32,000 nucleotides of DNA from Wallemia ichthyophaga EXF-994 (Eukaryota; Fungi; Basidiomycota), in contig NW_008806284.1 of the NCBI RefSeq assembly GCF_000400465.1, positions 30,001-62,000 of the forward strand, in the 5' to 3' direction. Position 1 is the stretch's first letter. Each line of letters begins with the position of its first letter. The notes beneath the pieces are model-generated. The model worked only from the letters and a program-made list of their open reading frames with translations. It was not told the DNA's origin and searched no databases. Position numbers and translations under genes: made by a program. Positions 1-11,010 of the stretch are shown here, one piece after another.

Positions 1-280
1 GCTGCCCCACCCGCTTTCCAGGCTCGTCCAATGCCATATGCTGGTGGTCCTCCACCTCCTGGGTTCCCGGGACCTGCGCCTGGATTCAGACCACCACCGG
101 GGTGAGTTTTGCGCGAATTTTGAGTTGATTCAAAGTTAATAACGATGACTTAGATTCCCTGGTGCTCCTTCAATGCCTGGATTTCCAACACCGCCTCCTG
201 GGTGAGCTATCTAAACCACCAAAACAATCCATACTAACACAGCAAACAGCTTCGGCGGTATGCGTCCACCACCAAGCTAA
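1..280 (+). CDS. 3' end of a Pro/Gly-rich protein, probably snRNP core protein SmB (partial; exons <1-101, 154-201, 250-280)
   Basis: Two canonical introns (GTGAGT..TAG 102-153, GTGAGC..CAG 202-249) join to AAPPAFQARPMPYAGGPPPPGFPGPAPGFRPPPGFPGAPSMPGFPTPPPGFGGMRPPPS*. PPPGF/PGMRPP repeats are typical of SmB tails, but other splicing factors have similar tails. Confidence 0.5.
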
Positions 281-371
281 GCAGGCCCAGAATATTTATT
301 AAAAATTAATTTGTATCTCCCATAAACCTCCGCCTTCTCTCTTTCTGCTTGACGATCAACTGTATTATGCA

Positions 372-2645
372 ATGGCTATGGTGGGTGATATGGATATGGG
401 CGTTATACACGCGTCTAATCGCAGCAAACAGGACGATATACACAACATAGTCACTGATAGCGTACAAGGCATCCTCACCGATGACGGCATCCCCGCTAGC
501 CAGCTCCCAGATATCATCTCCAATCTCGCTCGAGACGGCCACCTCTCCAACTTTATCACCAAAGAGACGCTTGAGAATGTGAAGCACTTTGCCAGCACAG
601 ACAGACTCAACGCGACATATGTCAGCCTCGATGGTTTGCTTTCTCTTATCGACTCTCTTCTCGTGTCCTCGCCAAAACAAGACAGCCTGCTCGATGAGGA
701 GCCTCTCGACGAAATAAGCTTTATACAGAATATGGGTGATAGTCCTGTCACTAAAGATAAGGCTAAGGACGGCGTTACCCCAAAAATTAGTCGCACCAAC
801 AAATTCAAAAGACCGAAACCAGCGCGTAAATTCGTCAGATCCAACTCGAGCTATACCGATACCAGTGACTACTACTCGTCTGACAATGATAACGATTTCG
901 CTCTGCACTCTCCAACCAGCTCGCCGCCCCAGACACCAAATATCGACAACAAGGAAAATCTAAGCGGGTTTGACGGGCTGATGCTGTCGAATGCACCCTC
1001 TAACAACGCCTTATCGAATGTAGGTTGTTTTAGGTCAATATGAGGCAACTGACTCACTTCCTCAGGACGCTCTGATACACACCCAGAACCAGATCAAGGA
1101 TCTCGAGAAACGTAACGCGGATCTCGAGAAAAGGCTCAAGGAAGCTGAACGTTCGTACACGCAGACGACCAGTCAGAACGAAGACTATATATCCATCATG
1201 GAAGACCAGCTCAAGGAGGTAGGTCGTGTGGTGATGTGGGTTTAAAAGTGTCTAACGCACTCCCAGAATGATGCCAAGCTGGAAGCACTCGTGCGCGATG
1301 AGAAAGATTTGCGAGCAAAGGACCGCCAGAACATGTTCACTATCAACAAGCTCGAGCATGATATTGCAACATACCAGCGTCAGGCTGAGTCCGCGCGTAT
1401 CCAGGCTAGTAGTCTGCAGAGCCAATTGGGGGATGTGAATGGTGGGTGAAGCCTGCAGTGTGCATAGTGAGTGTTAATCACGCCATCCAGATGAAATCGA
1501 TTCCCTCCGAGATAGCCTCCGCGATAAGGACAGGGATGTTCGCGAAGCGCGTAGCAGGGCTGACAAATACGAGCATGAAATGGGCAAAGTGGGTGCTTGA
1601 TCATTCGAGTTTTTTCCTTTCTTACACTGACCAGTGGGAGAATGAGCGGAAGGGGTACGATGATGCACTCCAGCGCATCAAAACACATCTCGATGTGGCG
1701 AGGAAATCGGAGCGCGTGCTGGAGGTGCAAAAGACTGAGAATCTCGGATTGAAAGTGGGTGTTCTGTGCACGACATACTCCATACTAACACACCCTTCGC
1801 AGGAAACAATAGACAGACTGCGCGGTGATCTCAGCCATCAACTCGCCTACAACGGGAGTGGAAGTGGAGGGGCAGACGAGACGGGTGGACAGCTCGGCAG
1901 TGTGTCGCGTAATCTTGGCAAAGAGCTAGCGCGGCAGTTAACAGAAGACGGCGAGCATGATAATCAAAACCCCACTAACGCTCGCACTCGGCATGAATTG
2001 GGCGAGGGCGAGATTGAAACTATCGTTACTACGCGAAGAAGGAAAGTGAAACCAAGTGTGGAAGTGGCCGTTGGAGTTGGCTCGAAGGAGGGCGGTACCG
2101 CAGAGCATCATGGCTTGGAAGAAGCACAGGCAGACGCAGAACCTGCCATCGAATCACCTCCGCCGTACTCCCAGGGCCAGGCTGGATTTGAGTATGTTGA
2201 CGACGTACGCAAGGTGTGTAGCCGCGGAGTGCAAGTATCTGTAAATAGTCGGGGTGTCGATACGCAGACGGAAGTGGACAGTCAAGCGGAAATTAACGAT
2301 GGAAGCAAACGTGCCGATAATGAAAAAGAAACGAAAGGGAAAACTATATGGAGTAAATTATACGCCATATTCAAAATATCAAGTAGAAAACCAAACGTTA
2401 TACCTATATACTCCACCATAGTATTCCTGTGTGGGATGATTGGCGGTGCGTGGATACTGCCGTCGACGACAAGCTCCGTTGAGTCGCTCAGGACGGTGTC
2501 GGGGGTAGATGAGAGAGCCATGTTCGTCGCATACAACACATTCGAAGGCGCTACTTGGTTCCTAAACACTGATAATCGCCTCGTTCACTTTATTCAGAGC
2601 GTCGTGTGGAGCGGCGTAGACACGTCTCAGCTATTCCCGGCGTAG
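372..2645 (+). CDS. Coiled-coil protein with a single C-terminal transmembrane helix (candidate KASH/Kms-like nuclear-envelope protein); 6 exons
   Basis: Introns at about 1020-1065, 1219-1266, 1442-1490, 1589-1634 and 1754-1802 give a continuous frame: N-terminal helical domain, long heptad-rich exons (DALIHTQNQIKDLEKRNADLEKRL..., ENLGLK|ETIDRLR), hydrophobic segment VIPIYSTIVFLCGMIGGAWIL, and a tail ending SQLFPA*. Confidence 0.75.
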
Positions 2646-2899
2646 TGTAGACTATTGGCTATGACTTATGCATTCATGTTACCAAGACTGACAGTCAGCT
2701 GAATGAGGTGGAGATATGAAATGCTTGTTTGAATGACGTTACAAATGCTATAATTTAGCTGCTGGTTGTTTATTAGAGTAAGAAATTTGCAGAGAGATGA
2801 AATTAATCAAGTTGAGAGAGTAATAGTAATAGTCCAGTTGTAGATCTAAGAAAAGGCGGAAGAGGTCCTGGTTGGAATTGGCCAAAGCAGCAGCAGCGT

Positions 2900-3513
2900 C
2901 TAGATGAGGCATCCGACGGCAGTGAGGAGGAGAGCAGCGGCAGCAGTAGCGACGCCGGTGTGAGTAGCTGAGCTATCGTCGTCGTCGGTGTTGTCGCCGT
3001 CGCCATCGTTATTATTGTTAGGGTTAGTAGGGCTAGGCGAGGCAGTTGACGAAGAAGATGGAGTGTAGTTCTCGCTGAACGAGCTAGCCTGCGATGGGCT
3101 GAAGTTGGCGAAAGCTTTACCGTAGACTTGCGCTTGGGCCGAAAGGTTGAAACCGCCGTTGCTCAAACAGTCGACACATTCGTCGTTGCTGTTGAGTGTG
3201 TGCACCATTTCGGGATACACACACGAGTAGTATTCGGTAGTGTTGCCATTCGCGCTGTCGTGGCAATCGAGGTCTGATTGACGGAAATTCGAGCACGAGT
3301 TGTCGTAGCAGTTGCTCAGCTGGTCGTTGTGCGATGGGGTGACTGTATCCGTGGCGTCCGTGTCTGCTGAGGCGTCCGTGTCTGCGGAGCCGGTGTTGCT
3401 GCCGTCTGCAAGTGCAAATTAGTTGTCTGTGCCTGTGCGCAACAAGCCCACTTACCCTGAGCAAGAACACCAGTGAGGAGAAGGGCTGTAGAGAGAAGAG
3501 CTGTGATTTGCAT
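2900..3513 (-). CDS. Small secreted Cys-containing, Ser/Thr/Asp-rich protein with a GPI-anchor-like C-terminus
   Basis: Signal peptide MQITALLSTALLLTGVLAQ, intron 3406-3455 (GTAAGT..CAG), six Cys, S/T-rich stalk, and hydrophobic tail SSATHTGVATAAAALLLTAVGCLI*. Confidence 0.8.
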
Positions 3514-3630
3514 AGTCCTTGTATAAGAGTTGCTTGTGTTGGTTGTTACACTGCAAGAAGCCCCTGCACAGCCATTCTATTTAAATTTCGGCGGACAAAG
3601 TTCTGTGCATAAAAGACAGGGTATGTGCGC

Positions 3631-3672
3631 GGCAGCTGGCAGCTGGCAGGTGCAAGTGGCAGCTGGCAGGTG
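3631..3672. repeat. ~7-bp period microrepeat (GGCAGCT/GGCAGGT) containing six CANNTG E-box sequences
   Basis: ggcagctggcagctggcaggtgcaagtggcagctggcaggtg lies in the intergenic region between the divergent GPI-protein and COQ11-like genes. Confidence 0.7.
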
Positions 3673-3989
3673 ACAATGCGTGGCTGGTGTTTGCGCTTTT
3701 CCTTGTGCTTCTATTGCTTTTCTTGAGGCTGGTTCCTGAACGTACCCACTGAAACGATGCTGTGCTGTGCTGGCCATGTCGCCGATTAGAGGGTGGCGAG
3801 TGGATGAGTGGGTGCATGAGCGTGAGTGTGAGTGAGAATAACAAGAACAATATGGATATGCATATGAATTGCCCACAAGAAGACGCTAGGTCTCTCGGTG
3901 AATGAAACACCATCAGCGACTACAACGCCACGAATATTTTGTATTATTTATACATCTAATCCAACACACCTTGTTGCCGTCATACAACC

Positions 3990-4897
3990 ATGCGTCTAGC
4001 GATAATCGGCGGAAACGGATTCCTGGGCTCAGCGATAACGAAAGCCGCGGTCGGGCGCGGTTGGCAAGTGAGCAGCGTGAGCCAATCTGGGCGGCCATAT
4101 GCGTCACCGTCAGGCCACGCGCCGAAATGGACGAGCAGGGTGGGTGAGCGGTGCGAGAGGTGCGACGCACGCTAAACTAGCTGGACACACAGGTAGAGTG
4201 GCACCGCGGCCATGTGTTGGACGCGGAAACGTACCGGGAAGTGATAGCGGAGAGCGATGCGGTAGTGCACACGCCGGGTATACTGCTCGAATCTGACTAC
4301 AAGGGGGGAGTTATGGGTGCACTGAATGCACTGTGGCACTCGCACCAGCCCCCAAACCCGCTAAGTGGGGGACAGTACGAGCGGGTGAATAGAGACGCGG
4401 CTATGACGGTGTCTGGAGTGTTTCAAAAGACCAGAAGCGGCTCATCTGTAGATAACCCGTTCGTTTATGTCTCGGCAGCTGATGTATTCAGACCGCTGAT
4501 ACCGGCACGGTACATTTCAACTAAGAGGGAGGCGGAGGAGTGGATTGCTGGACTGGACGGTGTTAGAGCGGTGAGCCTCAGGCCGGGACTCATGTACCAT
4601 CCTCACACTAGACCGCTGTCGACCATTCCAGCGACGCTGATTGATGGACTCAATCATCTGACTAGGTGCGGCGAGGCGAATGCAAAGAGCATCCAACACA
4701 CGCAGCACATGCACTCATCACAATCATCACAATCATCACAATCCTCACAATCCTCATACAGCATTCTCAACTTGCTCCACACAAATGCTCTGCATATCGA
4801 CACAGTCGCAAACGGGGCACTCGAAGCTATCGCAGACAGCAGCGTGAGGGGGGCGCTGAGTGTGGAGGCCATCAAAGCGCTAGCCTGGAAGAATTGA
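3990..4897 (+). CDS. COQ11: NAD(P)-binding atypical SDR, Coq11/YLR290C-like
   Basis: Rossmann motif IIGGNGFLGSAI; intron 4140-4192; VHTPGILLESDY, YERVNRDAA, FVYVSAAD..IPARYISTKREAE and LRPGLMY motifs. Confidence 0.75.
4714..4757 (+). repeat. In-frame 9-bp tandem repeat (TCATCACAA-like) encoding SSQ x4 in the COQ11-like CDS
   Basis: tcatcacaatcatcacaatcatcacaatcctcacaatcctca is directly visible. Confidence 0.85.
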
Positions 4898-4989
4898 GTG
4901 GAGAGAAAAGAATAAAATTTTACATATTTGGTCATATTTGATCATTGCGTGGTATTTGTGCTATTGATAGGCATATTCAGCGAGCGACG

Positions 4990-5832
4990 ATGAGAGTAAG
5001 GGGGATTGTTGAGAAGGGTAGACGCAGCACTCACGCGTGCTACAAGGAATGGCTCAATGTGCTACAGTACCGCACGAACCACAAGAAACCAGGGCGGCGG
5101 AAGAGGAGGGCGAGTGAGACGTCCAAAGACAGCGATAGTGAGGGAGGCGATGGCGATCGGGGGCTATCCAGCAAGCACCTCAACAAGCTCAAGCCGCTGC
5201 TCATGTCCAACTGTTCCGACACGCCTCTGCACATGAGTGGGGTGAGCATCGACACCAACACCAACTTGCACACCACGCTCGGCACTCCGCACGACACGGT
5301 GGATGAGAGTATTGGCGAAAAGGTCGAGAAGATGGCTCTGCGCGCGAAAACCAGAGCGTCTCTACCGCCTCCCAACAAGCTGCACTTGCAGAACACACAT
5401 GCTTACGACTTGGCGAAACTGTCAGAGCTGCGCGATAGTGACGAGAATTACGAGAAAGTTCACCGCGTAGCTCGCAAAGAGTGTAATAGACACTGCGCGG
5501 ATTGTCGAACACCAACACCGCTCTGGGCAGTGTATGCACTGCATGGCCAACCTATCGTACTGTTCATCTGCATACAGTGCTCAGGTTGGCACAGGTCGCT
5601 TGGTAGTCATATATCCAAAGTTAAGAGCGTCGAGTTGGATGAGTGGTCTGCTGAGCTTATCGATCTTGCGGAACGCACTGGGAATGTCGTGGGCAATAAG
5701 CTTTACGAAGCAACACTCCCAACCGCCCAAATACCCTCCCCTTCTTCCTCCACTTCAATAGATGTGGGCGAGTTTATTAGGAATAAATACCTCGATCGGT
5801 TGTGGGTGAGTGGGCGCGAGGAGGATAGATAG
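4990..5832 (+). CDS. ArfGAP zinc-finger domain protein (start uncertain; a 51-nt in-frame intron at 4996-5046 is possible)
   Basis: CADC...ICIQCSGWHRSLGSHISKVKSVELDEW and FIRNKY..RLW, with the catalytic Arg retained. Confidence 0.85.
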   Translation: MRVRGIVEKGRRSTHACYKEWLNVLQYRTNHKKPGRRKRRASETSKDSDSEGGDGDRGLSSKHLNKLKPLLMSNCSDTPLHMSGVSIDTNTNLHTTLGTPHDTVDESIGEKVEKMALRAKTRASLPPPNKLHLQNTHAYDLAKLSELRDSDENYEKVHRVARKECNRHCADCRTPTPLWAVYALHGQPIVLFICIQCSGWHRSLGSHISKVKSVELDEWSAELIDLAERTGNVVGNKLYEATLPTAQIPSPSSSTSIDVGEFIRNKYLDRLWVSGREEDR

Positions 5833-6175
5833 ATGCGTGTGTAGGTGAGTGTGTGGTTAAGTGCATTTGCACACATGCACACATGACACAATACATAACA
5901 CATAGTAATAATTGTATACCACTACCATGATAATATTAAGAGTTCATATAATGGACAAAATATGGATTATTATGCAAAAGCGCTGCTCAGAACCACCCAT
6001 TTACCCCAAACTTCTTGCGCGAGGCCCACAGATAGTTGCATGTGTCGGAACATGTATAGATGGATATACTTACATATCCATACGCACACTTGTTAAAAGC
6101 AAAGTAATAATCGTTTGTCACTACCATGATAAGAGCATATGTAATAGATCTAGGCAAATTACACAAAAGCACCCC

Positions 6176-8876
6176 TCAGAACCACCCCTTCATCCCCCAC
6201 TTCTTCTCCTTCTTGCGCTCAGCTTCGTGCTGCTTAGCCATGACTTTATCAATTTCCTTCTGCTCTTTCCTGAGTTTCTTGTCGTCTTTCTTCTCAGATT
6301 TCTTGTCTTTATCTTTCTTCTCAGGCTGTCTCGCCTTATCCTTGTTTATATCGTCGACTGGGGTGGGTGGAAGTGCAGGCTTAACTTCATCACTCCAATA
6401 CTTGCGATCGTAACCCTGTTGGAGGTTAGCCAAGTAGCGATGTTGTGCCTGTTCAGGGGAGAGATCAGGAGTCTCCTGTCTATTTTTATCCGAGAGTTGC
6501 GAGTGCGGGTCGTGCATATATCGGTCAGGTTTATTTAAGGCGGTGGAAGTACCCGCGAATGTCTTCTGCGCGTCATTGGCAGTAGCTAACGACGACGCAC
6601 CCTCTCCATACACATACCCCGTGTCGAGATTGCGCACGTTGTCGAGGAAGCGTGTTGGGGTTAGTATGTCGGTAGATCCTGTGTGAGTGTGAGTGTGTAT
6701 TCAAGTGCTATTACGCATTATGCATTGTGCACTTTGCACTCTGCACACCGCTCTCTCTTCACCCACCTATCAATACATCCCGCTGGTGTGTTTCACAAAC
6801 CTCATAAACACTCTGCACCTCGCTATATGTCATACCACCACAGACGTAAACGAGAATTTTGTTGCGGGTTTGTTGTGTGTTTTGTGTTGGGGTAAGACCG
6901 CGGGTTGATCCACCATTTCCATTCACGCTGGCGTTGGCATTCGTATTGCCTTCCACACTACCACTCCCGCCCCCTCCACTCACGTAGGACGCACTACGCG
7001 AGGCAGATGCCCAGGTCGCGCGAGCTGAGCGCAGGCTGCCTTGGGAGGGCGCTGGTGTGGTTGAGAGTGAGGAGGGAGATGAAGAGCTAGTAGCGGGGTG
7101 GGATTGAGAGTGAGGAGCGTTGCGAGGCCGTGAGTGAGAATTTGAGGAGCGTAGACTGAGGTTGCTGCTGCCACTGCCATTACCAGAAGGTGGTTTAAGA
7201 GAGTCTCCTGACGCATCAGCACCACCACCCTCCTCCACCCCATCCAGCCTGCTAAAGACACCCGTGTCGAGCTTGCCGTGTATTAGATCGGTGAGGGTGG
7301 TTTTGAGTGCGGGGATATATCTGCTCGTATCGTACGCATCGTCGTCCGACTTGCCCTTGTATTTGTATCGCCTGAATGCTTGCTGCTCGCTATCATTTTT
7401 GTTGACGCGCACACCTATATAGACAAGGTTATCGATGGCTTTGTGGTCATTTGGAGCCAACCGAGCATGCTGGTAGAGCCTCCTCTTATCCTCATCGCTG
7501 ACGCCATCTTTGAAGAGAATGTAGAGAGCAATGATGCGAATTTTGTCGCGGTTGAGGAGAGTGGGGTGGTCGAGGAGAGGTACCATCTGTTCTATGAGAT
7601 GGCGAGGTGTGCGATTATCGGCGGTTAGACCAGTCGCGCAGCATTGCTCGACGTCTGAGACTTGCATGAGGTTGCGATTGTTCACCTCACCCATAAGCTG
7701 GTCGGAGAGAGTGGTGTGGATGTACGCCTTGTCTTTTATGTCGGCGTGATCTGTCAACCCAGCTAACATACCCCTCAGACCATCCAAACCACTTGCATTC
7801 TTTAGGTCCTGATCTGCTCTTTCTGCCTGACGGGCTAACTCACCCACTTTGTCAATAGCATCTTTTAGGTGAAGGTGACGGATATCACACCAGATAGAGT
7901 CAGAGTAGTCGGATAAGGGGTGTTGCTTGGTGAGACCTTGTGATTGGCTGGATTTGTAGGAGAAAATGGGTGGAATAGAACAAGAGTCAAGGGAGCGTTG
8001 TGTGAGCAGATCGTTTGTGAGGGATTGGTAGGAGAAGTTATGGAGAAGGGGGAGCGCGAGGTCTAGAGTACGATCAGTGATGAGGAGGGTAGGGTTGGTT
8101 GCTGAGTTAGCCAGACCAAAGTCGTGGTTGTCGCGCTTGATCTGGGTTAGTTGTTTGGACAGAGCCACAGCAACTCTTCTCGCCACGCCAGAACCCTTTT
8201 GAGAGGAAGAGAAGGAGGATTTCCAAGAGGATTTCTTTGGGATTGGAGGGGAAGGGTTTGAGTTGAGGTAGTTGCCCGTTGAGGTAACTGGAGTTGCATA
8301 GGTGCCAACACCGTTGATAGAATTCTGGTATAAGATGATTGGGTGGATGTTTAGAGCGAGTAGGATATTCTCAAGGGATTTAACAGTTAGGGCCACTTGT
8401 AATTCACTTGAAGGGTAGTTGGTTGGTTGTGAGTAGTAACTGTGAAATGCACTGGGTTGATTTGTAGAGAAAGCCCGTGATTCAACTATAGTGTAGTTCA
8501 AAGGGATTTCCTTGAGAGTTACTAGCTTTGGTATAACACCACTGTTGATTATTTTAAATTCAAGTGATTTTGAAAGGGAGTCAAGGAGGTATAAGTGATT
8601 CTGATATGGTGATTGGGAGATGCACCTAATGACCCTATCAATTGAATGGGTTGTTGGGAGAATAAAGAATATTTTATCGAATCCATTTTCATTGTAATTG
8701 TTAACGATATCTTCCAATAATACTATTTGAGTGATTGATAGTTGTAATATCTCACTTAAAGGCATTATACTTAGTAAAATATCTCTGCTTGGAATATCAC
8801 ATATCAACTCCCTCCATCCACTCCCCTTCAAAACCCTCACAACCATCTCCTTTTTTATTTCGTTCAAGTTGGTCAT
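6176..8876 (-). CDS. SEC1: Sec1/Munc18 family exocytic SM protein; exon 1 8876-6767, intron 6766-6679, exon 2 6678-6176
   Basis: LLITDRTLDLALPLLHNFSYQSL, YDTSRYIPAL and ILVYVCGGMTYSEVQSVYEV motifs; the splice gives VLIG|STDILTPTRFLDNVRNL, the typical SM C-terminal motif, followed by a Lys-rich tail as in fungal Sec1. Confidence 0.9.
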
Positions 8877-8893
8877 CGTTGTTATAAACCACC

Positions 8894-10913
8894 ATGAGTA
8901 ATTCTAATTTACCAGATTTCTTTAAATCAAATTCAAAACCCAATAATAACTTTAAATCAATTTGGAATAATAACGACGCTTTACCCACACTTTCCTTTAC
9001 AGATTCTTTGAATTCTTTTAACCAATTGGATTTGAATGGCACTAATAATGTCATTGACAATAATAATGTCATTGATACTGGTACTGTCATTAACACTGGT
9101 ACTGCCATTGATAATCCCACTCCCTCTCACTCCCTCAACGCTACTCCTCAGCTTCATCAGATACATCCACAGCCATACAATCCCACCCACACTCACCCAC
9201 AGATGCACTCACAAACACCCCCTACAATTCCTCCCACTCTCCCCACTCCCCCCTCCACCGATCAAATCATCCGCCACCAAGAACTACAGGACCTCAAAAG
9301 ACGCAGAAAAGCTATAAAAATTAGCTCCATGTCCAATTACAATCACTTAATGACCCCCTCCGACAAATCTTACATCCTGAGAATTCAACTCAGCTCACTA
9401 GCAACCGCTGACCCCTACACCGACGACTTTTACGCTCAAATCTACTCAATTCTTATGCGTAAGAATCAAGGTGTTCTCAACGTTGGTGGTATGGCTCTCT
9501 CCGTCGCTGCTGGCTCTACCCACTCCGGCATCGGCATCGGCGCTGCTAAAAAGTTACGCGATCAAATCGATAAAATTGTCAGATCAAAGAGGCAGAATCA
9601 GCTAGACGATAAAAACAATCTCAACCAAGAAAACTCCCTCGTCGGCGCTCTAGGCACATCCACTAAAACTAATTCCAGAGCCCCAAGACAGGTACTTCAA
9701 ATCGATTCTGACATTTCCTCCGAGTCAACAAAGGCTTCCGCAATAGATGTCCTCTCCTCCCTTCAGAAAGGTTACCCCATCTCTTCCAACTCGTCAAACT
9801 CCCCTCAACCCCCACTCACACGTCGTCAGTGTCTGATGGCTTCTGAGAAGCTGTACGATCATGTACTCGCTCTTGAAAGTCTTGCCAGGTCTAAACCGAA
9901 TGAGTCACCCACTGAGCAAGTCAATGAAGAAGATCATGTACAATCCACCCAAGCCTGGCAATCACAATACGCCAACCACATTGACGCTGTGTGGAAGGGG
10001 TTGAGAGTGATGGAGCCGCTCGAACTATCCAATCCTCATCCCTTCATCTCCTTAATCGCCCTCCCCAAAACATCCAAGCTCCTCCCCAGAGCAACTCGAC
10101 ACCTCGACCACCAACAAATCCTCACTATCAACACTCTCATCATTGCGTGTTTCTCCCAACTCCTCTCTCTCCAAGATAGCTGTGGTAGTTTTGTCGAAGC
10201 TTTCTTGAGTGGTGTGGTGCCGCAATTTATGAGTATGATTGCTGGCGTTAGTTTGCGCCTGGTGGCTGGAATGCTTGCGTTGTTTGTTGAGCGCAACGAT
10301 GTCGTAACTGTGGCGCAGTCTAAGGTGTGCATTTGGCATTTCAGCTTCTCGCTTCATCTCATTCTAACATAACCCTCCACAGCCCGGTCTAGCCTTCCTC
10401 ACCATCCTACTCAGCAGAGCTGAGATACTCAAGCAGATCCCGCTTGGTGTCGAGCAGGCACCTGCGCCTGAAGAGACAGCTCAATGGTGGGTATACCCTT
10501 AGATTAGCGCTCAGCCAAACTAACACTCCTCTCACTCACACAGGGACCAGATCTTCTCCCTCTTCTTGCACAAACTCCTCACTCACCTCCCCCACCTCTT
10601 CCCTTCGCAGCGCGAGAAAGCTGCGCGCGGGTTTGGTGGAGTGCCTGGTGTGCCCGCCGTTGACACCCACACCACCACTCTCCTCCTCGACAACGACGAT
10701 GAGAGCGTGTGGCGCTTCCTCGCGGCTATTGCACTCAACAGCGATAACATCCAGCAATCTTCCCTCGTGCAAGACGTGCGTGATGTCGTCCATGAAAACG
10801 TAGTCTCGGCTCAACAAGCTTGGGTACCTGCGCAGAGTGCTCATAAGAGGATAAGCAACGTTAACGTCTTTTTGCATGCCCTCGGCTTGGATGTCAGTCA
10901 GTTGGGTGTATAG
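8894..10913 (+). CDS. PAT1: Pat1 mRNA decapping activator; introns about 10325-10382 and 10489-10543
   Basis: LMTPSDKSYILRIQLSSLATADPYTDDFYAQIY motif; PLELSNPHPFISLIALPKTSKLLPRA; PGLAFLTILLSRAEILKQ; VWRFLAAIALN; NVNVFLHALGLD C-terminus. Confidence 0.88.
9044..9115 (+). repeat. Four imperfect 18-bp in-frame tandem repeats (NNVIDN/NNVIDT/GTVINT/GTAIDN) in the Pat1 N-terminus
   Basis: aataatgtcattgacaat aataatgtcattgatact ggtactgtcattaacact ggtactgccattgataat. Confidence 0.85.
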
Positions 10914-11010
10914 GGTCTGTAAACGGTTATTTGTAGTTTGTGCAATGTGCCTTGCCATCGTTGCTCACTGCTAATATATTACAATGAATATTTATCATTT
11001 AAGTCATTAT

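Noticed and set aside
306-908. Long minus-strand ORFs (306-908, 365-844)
   Set aside because: They are antisense shadows of exon 1 of the coiled-coil gene and have no recognisable motifs.
1446-1802. N-terminus of the 399-aa ORF (MKPAVCIV...)
   Set aside because: It reads through introns and a different exon frame; the spliced model explains the region better.
5912-6538. Hydrophobic 208-aa plus-strand ORF
   Set aside because: It is the antisense of the Lys-rich SEC1 tail and intergenic DNA; the hydrophobicity is an artefact of reversed AAG/GAA codons.
6176-6637. Apparent separate 153-aa gene
   Set aside because: It is the last exon of SEC1, joined through intron 6679-6766.
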